Assembly: GCA_944358385.1 (NCBI GenBank)
Contig: CALVQW010000005.1
Coordinates: 486 to 64,485, forward strand
Length of the DNA: 64,000 nt
Direction: 5' to 3'
Origin: an uncultured Clostridia bacterium
GTDB taxonomy: Bacteria; Bacillota; Clostridia; Christensenellales; CAG-917
Made by a program: the position numbers and the translations under genes. Every line of letters begins with the position of its first letter. Position 1 is the stretch's first letter. This document shows positions 57,851-64,000 of this stretch, in pieces. The notes beneath the pieces were generated by a model. The model saw only the letters and a program-made list of their open reading frames with translations, made no database searches and was not told the origin of the DNA.

Positions 57851-60800
57851 AGTGCTGAAAGTCAGGAATGCTTTTACCGACACGGTCAGAAGGTTGTTGA
57901 TAGGTCCCAATCCGTTGGAAGGGTTTATGCAGCCGAACGGCGAGGAGATATTGTTTAACGGCGATCCTCTGAAGGTGTATGTTTCCGGCGTTTTGTTTCC
58001 TCGAAACGACACATGTCTTAAAGGTGCCGTGGAACTGCGAGAACCGGATGACGAGGAAGATGTCGATGATGAGCCGGAAGAGGTAGCTGATTATAAGGAA
58101 GTACCGCGAAGAAGCGAATCCGAAGCGGTTATTGACGAAGAAACTCCTAAGATAAATGCAAGGTTTCAATCCGCAATGGGTATTACATTGTGTGTCCCGA
58201 ACGGAAACGGCTTGAAGGTTTTGATATCCGCGGGGACTTACAGCCCCGGAAAACATGTTTACCCGAATACGATCGAAACGAAAGACGGCAAACGAACCAT
58301 CAAGCTGTCCAATCACGGAAAAGAAAAAGAGTGCTATTTCCGCCAAAAACATGAGTATGAATTGCTCGTGAAGGAGGAGGATATGCCGACAAAAGAGGCG
58401 AGGCACAAAGAGTATCGGATCGGTGCCGACGGAGAGGAAGTCGCTTTGCGAGTATCGATCACCTACAGGATGGATCTCGCCGACGGAAACGGCAAAATAT
58501 TCACTGTGACACTCTTTAATACGAATACGGATAGGTACACCGACCACTGCTCGAGTTATGAAAAATGCTGGTTCCAGGTGGGTTTTTCGGTGCATTGTCA
58601 GGCAGGCTTTTTACCACTGCCGAGAAACTTCGACAGAAAAGCCGAGGATGCGGATTATCGGCTCAACGCATTACTTTATCGTGATGTTCGCGACTATGCG
58701 ATAGGGCACGGGTGCGCGGCAACATGGGAAGGCGAAATACCCGGGATCGTCAATGCCGTATTCATGCCCGAGTATGAAGTCAAGCCCATCGTCCCGACCA
58801 CATTTCCGGGAGTGAAGCTTGAAATGAAACTTTATTCCGAAAATCGCGCCGAAACGATTGACGATCTGCAAAAACTTGCGGCGAGGTATCGGGACTGGAT
58901 AGTAAAAGAAAGGGAGAAGGCGGAAGCGGTCCCTGAGGAACATCGTGAGACGGCGCGGGGGCAGGTCGAACTCTGCCGCACATGTTTGGCAAGGCTGGAG
59001 CGAGGGGTCGCTTTGCTTAAAACCGACGACACGATCTGGCAAGCATTTGCCTTTGCCAACAGAGCGATGTTGATGCAACAGCTACATTATCGTTTGCCGC
59101 TTGTAAAATATAGTGACTATGATGATGACAAGTTGTGTGGTGTGCTTGAAGAAAAGATCGTGATGCCGCAGGTGGATGATGAAGACACATGGTTTAACAA
59201 GAAAGACAACACCTATGGGAAATGGCGCCCCTTTCAGATCGCGTTTCTCGTGATGAATTTGGATTCGATCGGCGACATAAGTTCGGAGGAACGGAAAATC
59301 GTGGATCTGATATGGTTCCCTACGGGCGGAGGTAAAACCGAGGCTTATTTGGGGCTGACGGCATTTACCATCTTTTTGCGTAAATTGCGCGATAAGGCGG
59401 ACAGGGGTACATCTGTGATCATGCGGTATACGCTCAGACTTCTGACATCGCAACAATACGAGAGAGCGGCATCGCTGATCTGTTCGATGGAAAAGCTTCG
59501 GGCAGAGAACGAAGAGCTTTTGGGTAAAGAAAGGATTACCATAGGATTGTGGGTGGGCGGGTCGCTTACTCCGAATTCCGAGAAAAAGGCAGTCGAAAAC
59601 ATTGAGGAGATCAAAAAAAAGAAATATCGCGATAAAAATGCTTCGGTAATCTTAAAGTGCCCATGGTGCGGCGCAAGCATGTCGACATATTCGGATAACG
59701 CGGGGAATGTGCGTACGCCCGGCTATTCTCCCAGCGGAGCGAAAGTTCATTTTATATGCGATAATCCAGATTGCGATTTTCATGATGATGAGTTCGAATT
59801 GCCGCTTAGGTTGTATGACGATGATATTTATGCCAATCCGCCGACGCTGCTTTTCGGGACGGTAGATAAATTTGCCATGTTGCCGTTCAGACCGAAGGCA
59901 AAGAGTCTGTTTGGAGGGGACCAAGAAAACGCCGCGCCCGACCTTATAATCCAAGATGAATTACATTTGATCACCGGACCTCTCGGGTCGGCGGTGGGAA
60001 TATATGAGGTCCTGATCGACGAGCTGTGCAAACACAACGGCGGGAGGCCGAAGATCGTTGCATCCACCGCTACGATAAGTCATGCCGGACAACAGTGCAA
60101 TGCGCTTTACGGCTGCGGGGAAGACAATGTCTTCCAGTTTCCCGTGCAAGGGACATCTTATAGAGACAGTTTCTTCGCGCATGAAGAACCGGATGCCATC
60201 GGACGAAAATATATTGGATTGTACGGGTCTGTCGCATCCACATCCGCTACGGCATCAATAGCCGCATTTGCTTCGTTGATATATGCCGCAAAAGCCATTA
60301 ATGTCAATGAAGAAAAAGAGCGTGACCCGTATTGGACAAATTTGGCGTATTTCGGAAGCATGCGCGAATTGGGACAGGCCGCAACATGGTTTATGACGGA
60401 TATAAAAGAGAGGTTGGAAACTATTTATAAATGGAGGATGGAGGCCTCTCTCGACGGTACCAAGAGAAGATACATATACGGGAGCGGACAGGCGGAGTTG
60501 ACGAGCCGCATGGCAAATGACGAGATCCCCAAGATATTAAAAAAACTCGAAGAAGGCTATTCGGGAAACACAGAGCGTTTTGGAGATGATAACTCCGAAA
60601 AGAGAGAGTATCCTTTAGATGTTTGTCTTGCGACAAATATGGTATCGGTCGGCGTGGATGTACCGAGGCTTGGGTTGATGACGGTCACGGGGCAGCCTAA
60701 AACGATGGCGGAATATATACAGGCGACCAGTCGCGTAGGAAGAGATGCAAATCACGCCCCCGGCATCGTGTATATAATTTACAATACGGCAAAGTCAAGA

Positions 60801-61322
60801 GACAAGTCGCACTATGAAAAATTTCAATCGCAGCACGGCAAATTGTACTACAGCGTCGAACCGACATCGATAACTCCGTTCTCGGAACCGATGCGGGAGC
60901 GCGCCTTGCCTGCAATCTTTGCGGCGATTCATCGCTTGATATACATGAGTGCGGAAAAGAGAGAGAAAGCGACATATGTCCCGAGCGAAGATGAGTGTGA
61001 TGCGATTGCCGAAATAATTGCGGAAAGAGCAAAAGGCATCGACCCCGATGAGACGGAAGCCATAAAGCGGCAGTTGAAGCAGTGTCGAAGAGAATGGGAT
61101 GATTGGAGGCCCGAGGTATATAGTTATGAGCCGGTCGGTTCGCGTTGTGATAAAGGAGCGCCGTTGCTTATTTGGGCGGGGAGTGCTAAACCCGGCGCAT
61201 GGAAATGTAAAGGATGGAAGGCTCCCACTTCGATGAGAAGCGTTGACGGGACATGCGGATTGGATACGACAAAAACCATCGTTCAGAGGGCGGAGGGGAA
61301 ACACAATGAGCAGAAACGATAA
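57843..61322 (+). CDS. drmA: DISARM SF2 helicase DrmA
   Basis: YAIGHGCAA.W, WRPFQIAF, LIWFPTGGGKTEAYLGL, IMRYTLRLLT.QQ, IIQDELHLI.GPLGS, TNMVSVGVD.PRLGLM, YIQATSRVGR. Confidence 0.88.
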   Translation: MSEVLKVRNAFTDTVRRLLIGPNPLEGFMQPNGEEILFNGDPLKVYVSGVLFPRNDTCLKGAVELREPDDEEDVDDEPEEVADYKEVPRRSESEAVIDEETPKINARFQSAMGITLCVPNGNGLKVLISAGTYSPGKHVYPNTIETKDGKRTIKLSNHGKEKECYFRQKHEYELLVKEEDMPTKEARHKEYRIGADGEEVALRVSITYRMDLADGNGKIFTVTLFNTNTDRYTDHCSSYEKCWFQVGFSVHCQAGFLPLPRNFDRKAEDADYRLNALLYRDVRDYAIGHGCAATWEGEIPGIVNAVFMPEYEVKPIVPTTFPGVKLEMKLYSENRAETIDDLQKLAARYRDWIVKEREKAEAVPEEHRETARGQVELCRTCLARLERGVALLKTDDTIWQAFAFANRAMLMQQLHYRLPLVKYSDYDDDKLCGVLEEKIVMPQVDDEDTWFNKKDNTYGKWRPFQIAFLVMNLDSIGDISSEERKIVDLIWFPTGGGKTEAYLGLTAFTIFLRKLRDKADRGTSVIMRYTLRLLTSQQYERAASLICSMEKLRAENEELLGKERITIGLWVGGSLTPNSEKKAVENIEEIKKKKYRDKNASVILKCPWCGASMSTYSDNAGNVRTPGYSPSGAKVHFICDNPDCDFHDDEFELPLRLYDDDIYANPPTLLFGTVDKFAMLPFRPKAKSLFGGDQENAAPDLIIQDELHLITGPLGSAVGIYEVLIDELCKHNGGRPKIVASTATISHAGQQCNALYGCGEDNVFQFPVQGTSYRDSFFAHEEPDAIGRKYIGLYGSVASTSATASIAAFASLIYAAKAINVNEEKERDPYWTNLAYFGSMRELGQAATWFMTDIKERLETIYKWRMEASLDGTKRRYIYGSGQAELTSRMANDEIPKILKKLEEGYSGNTERFGDDNSEKREYPLDVCLATNMVSVGVDVPRLGLMTVTGQPKTMAEYIQATSRVGRDANHAPGIVYIIYNTAKSRDKSHYEKFQSQHGKLYYSVEPTSITPFSEPMRERALPAIFAAIHRLIYMSAEKREKATYVPSEDECDAIAEIIAERAKGIDPDETEAIKRQLKQCRREWDDWRPEVYSYEPVGSRCDKGAPLLIWAGSAKPGAWKCKGWKAPTSMRSVDGTCGLDTTKTIVQRAEGKHNEQKR

Positions 61323-63204
61323 AAACAATGAACCGAAAAACAGGTATCCGGTCAGAAAAAGCGCTTTGATATCTCCGTGGGGAATCGGCGCGATAGTGCC
61401 GGTCCCGAGCGGCGAAACTTTTATGGTCGCCGGAACGGAGTTTTGGTTTGACGGTAAAAATCCGCTGGGTGCCGATGAAGAGCCGACCAATTTTGAAATA
61501 ACAGATGCCAGGTTGTCCGAAAGACTGGCGGGTATGAGATTTGTGCAGCCGCCCGAATTTTTGACCCCCGAACAGGATCGGGAACATCCGTACATGAGGA
61601 TCCCTGCCACACGATTTCCACGCGTGTATTATTGCCCCGTTTGCGGCAATGTCGAAATGGCGGGATCGGCGCATGAGGAAATTCGTTGTCCCGGAGATAA
61701 TCGACGAAACAGGGAGGGAGGGACATATTGTTCCAGGACAAAAGAGGCCGGCAAAAAAACTCCTCTCATGGTGCCCGAGAGATTCATCGCCGTTTGCGAA
61801 AACGGACACATAGAAGATTTCCCGATCGCAGATTGGGTCCATAGAAGATCGGGGAAAACATATGATCCCAGCAGTTGTTTGATGTTCAGAAGCACCGGCG
61901 GAAACTCAGCGTCGTTGACGGGCGTCAGATATACATGCACATGTGGTGCAAGTGCCTCTATGAAGGGTGCTTTTGATTGGGACGAGGATAAACATGAGAG
62001 TGCCTTGAGCAAGATCGGGTGTCACTGTTCCGGGAATTCACCATGGCTCGGGATCGAGCGCGTGTCGTGCGACAGGCCGTTGAGGGTAATCCAAAGAGGT
62101 GCGTCAAATGTCTGGTTTCCGGACATTGTCAGCTCTATTTTTATACCCGAACTCGAGATCAATGCCGTAACCAGAAAATGCGTAGAGAAAGTATGCAAAA
62201 AAGTAGAGTCTCATAGAAAAGACGGTAAGACTGATGAGGAAATGGTAAGAGCACATATCGACAACTGTGCGGAATTTTTGGATGAAGATGGCGAGAACGT
62301 CGATAAAGAGTTGGCGTTTGAAGAAGTCATGCATAAACTCGAGCCGCGGAGCGAGGATGCCGAAAAGACCGAGAATGATTATCGCAAGGCGGAGTATGAT
62401 GTGTTGATCAGGGATTCCGCGCGAGAGGATGGTGAGTTGCAGGTGAGGAAACATGACGCAAACGAATATGAAGGTCTGTGGTTCTTGAGGAGCATTTCGT
62501 TGGTAAACAAATTGCGAGAAACGAGAGTTCTGACGGGATTCAGACGATTGTCGCCTCAAGCAGCACAGGCGCGTCTGTCAGCATCGCAGACAAAATGGCT
62601 CCCTGCAGTCAAGAACGAAGGCGAAGGTCTCATGTTTTGCTTTGATACCGGAGAGCTGAAGCGATGGGCAAACCGTGACGCCGTAACGGCGCGAGTCGAT
62701 AAGATCAGAGAAAACATCGTTTACAGCAGCGGAGAATGCGGCAACATCAATCCCATATATGTCCTGATACATACATTTGCGCATTGTCTGATCTCGGCTT
62801 TGTCAAACGATAGCGGATATTCGGCGGCATCCATAAGAGAGCGGATTTATTGCCCTAAATATTGTGACGATAATGCTCCTGATATGGCGGGGGTATTGAT
62901 ATACACGGCATCTGGAGATTCCGAAGGTTCCTTGGGCGGTTTGGTAAGGCAGGGAAAGGCAGGCAGGATCGAAGAAATCATAAGGCGCGCGTTGCATGAC
63001 GCCGAATGGTGCTCAGCAGATCCCGTGTGCATACAAAGTAACGGGCAGGGCATCGACGGAGCGAACTTGGCGGCATGCCACAATTGCGCGCTGCTTCCCG
63101 AAACATCTTGCGAAAATCGCAACATGCTTTTGGATCGTGGACTGGTGGTCGGTACACTTGACGACAAAATGGTAGGATTTTTTAATCATGGGATCAAAGA
63201 TTAA
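61306..63204 (+). CDS. drmB: DISARM DrmB (DUF1998 zinc-binding domain)
   Basis: ISPWGIGAIV, RFIAVCENGHIEDFP, RGASNVWFP, LIHTFAH.L, GY...SIRER, GSLGGL, CSADPVC..ACHNC.LLPETSCE. Confidence 0.9.
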   Translation: MSRNDKNNEPKNRYPVRKSALISPWGIGAIVPVPSGETFMVAGTEFWFDGKNPLGADEEPTNFEITDARLSERLAGMRFVQPPEFLTPEQDREHPYMRIPATRFPRVYYCPVCGNVEMAGSAHEEIRCPGDNRRNREGGTYCSRTKEAGKKTPLMVPERFIAVCENGHIEDFPIADWVHRRSGKTYDPSSCLMFRSTGGNSASLTGVRYTCTCGASASMKGAFDWDEDKHESALSKIGCHCSGNSPWLGIERVSCDRPLRVIQRGASNVWFPDIVSSIFIPELEINAVTRKCVEKVCKKVESHRKDGKTDEEMVRAHIDNCAEFLDEDGENVDKELAFEEVMHKLEPRSEDAEKTENDYRKAEYDVLIRDSAREDGELQVRKHDANEYEGLWFLRSISLVNKLRETRVLTGFRRLSPQAAQARLSASQTKWLPAVKNEGEGLMFCFDTGELKRWANRDAVTARVDKIRENIVYSSGECGNINPIYVLIHTFAHCLISALSNDSGYSAASIRERIYCPKYCDDNAPDMAGVLIYTASGDSEGSLGGLVRQGKAGRIEEIIRRALHDAEWCSADPVCIQSNGQGIDGANLAACHNCALLPETSCENRNMLLDRGLVVGTLDDKMVGFFNHGIKD

Positions 63205-64000
63205 GGCAATAGATTTGTTTTCGGGGTGCGGCGGAGTTTCCATCGGTCTGACGAATGCCGGATTCGAGGTAACATGTGCCGTAGAAATCGATGACGCGGC
63301 CGTAAAAGCCTACAAGGGTTATTACCGCCTTAATAATGTCAATGTGTTGCAGCGCGATATTTGTACATTATCGGGAGCTGAGATTGCCGCGGCTGCCGGT
63401 GTGAAAGCCGACGAGATATATCTGTTGGCGGGATGTCCGCCATGCCAAAAATTTTCATTGCAGAATCGTGTTCGTAACAGCGACGAGGATAAAATCGATG
63501 ATGTCAAGAAACTTCTAATGGAGTTTAAACGAGTGATCAAAGAAATGAGACCGCCGTTTGTCTTGATGGAAAATGTTCCCGGGATCAAATCGTCGTACGG
63601 AGGAAGGATACTAAACGAATTCATTGATGATCTGGAAAGACCTTTTGGTGATTTTGTAGGCTATAAAATCATATACGGCGTAGTTAATGCTGCGGATTAT
63701 GGTGTCCCGCAGTTGAGGAAGAGATTCGTTTTGCATGCTGTTCGCAATGATATATATGAGAGCATGAGGAGGGCTGACATCGATGTCGCTTTACCGCCGC
63801 CTACATACGCACAAAACGGACAAGGCGGCAAGCAACCATGGATAACCGTTAAACAGGCATTCGAAGGTCTGCCGAGCATCGCCGCCGGAGAAAGATATCC
63901 GGGAGACGAAATCAAAAATCACTACTGCGCAAACTTGTCCGAACTCAATAAAGAACGCATGAGATTCATCAGGGCAAACGGCGGTACGAGAACCGCATTG
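63188..64000 (+). CDS. C5-cytosine DNA methyltransferase (DrmMII-like), truncated by the window edge; absent from the ORF track
   Basis: MGSKIKAIDLFSGCGG (motif I), AGCPPCQ (IV), MENVPG (VI), YGVPQLRKR (VIII). Confidence 0.93.
   Translation, partial: MGSKIKAIDLFSGCGGVSIGLTNAGFEVTCAVEIDDAAVKAYKGYYRLNNVNVLQRDICTLSGAEIAAAAGVKADEIYLLAGCPPCQKFSLQNRVRNSDEDKIDDVKKLLMEFKRVIKEMRPPFVLMENVPGIKSSYGGRILNEFIDDLERPFGDFVGYKIIYGVVNAADYGVPQLRKRFVLHAVRNDIYESMRRADIDVALPPPTYAQNGQGGKQPWITVKQAFEGLPSIAAGERYPGDEIKNHYCANLSELNKERMRFIRANGGTRTAL

Larger units (their letters stand above)
51720..64000 (+). mobile_element. defence island (continues beyond the window)
   Basis: AT-richer composition starting right after the att-like repeat; only restriction/defence-type genes. 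Confidence 0.75.

Overview
This window looks like a GC-rich gut Clostridia-type (Bacillota) chromosome segment, judged from the SCIFF locus, split MetH, rubrerythrin and Gram-positive lipoproteins. From left to right it holds: an OmpR/histidine kinase pair; three large paralogous surface lipoproteins, one with a 283-bp diverged inverted internal copy downstream; rubrerythrin; metF/metH; a two-subunit aconitase X; YjbQ; a PLP decarboxylase; and scfAB. Next come a GNAT gene with a TIR-methyltransferase-like fusion, a degenerate DEDDh protein divergent from a WYL regulator, and several oxidoreductases. An AT-richer islet (about 32.7-35.9 kb) carries XRE, an ImmA/IrrE protease, DUF4417 and a tandem array of 'MGGRG'-leader toxin-like/immunity-like gene pairs joined by 80-bp repeats; this is the best candidate for an undescribed system. 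A tRNA-Ala(GGC) is followed by a decayed serine-recombinase element, a maltodextrin cluster bracketed by roughly 330-bp att-like direct repeats, and a defence island (XRE, Vsr, Mrr, dead MTase, then a class-2 DISARM-like locus with an extra NERD-helicase and a G11 tract) that runs off the right edge. All family assignments come from motif recognition by eye, not from database searches.
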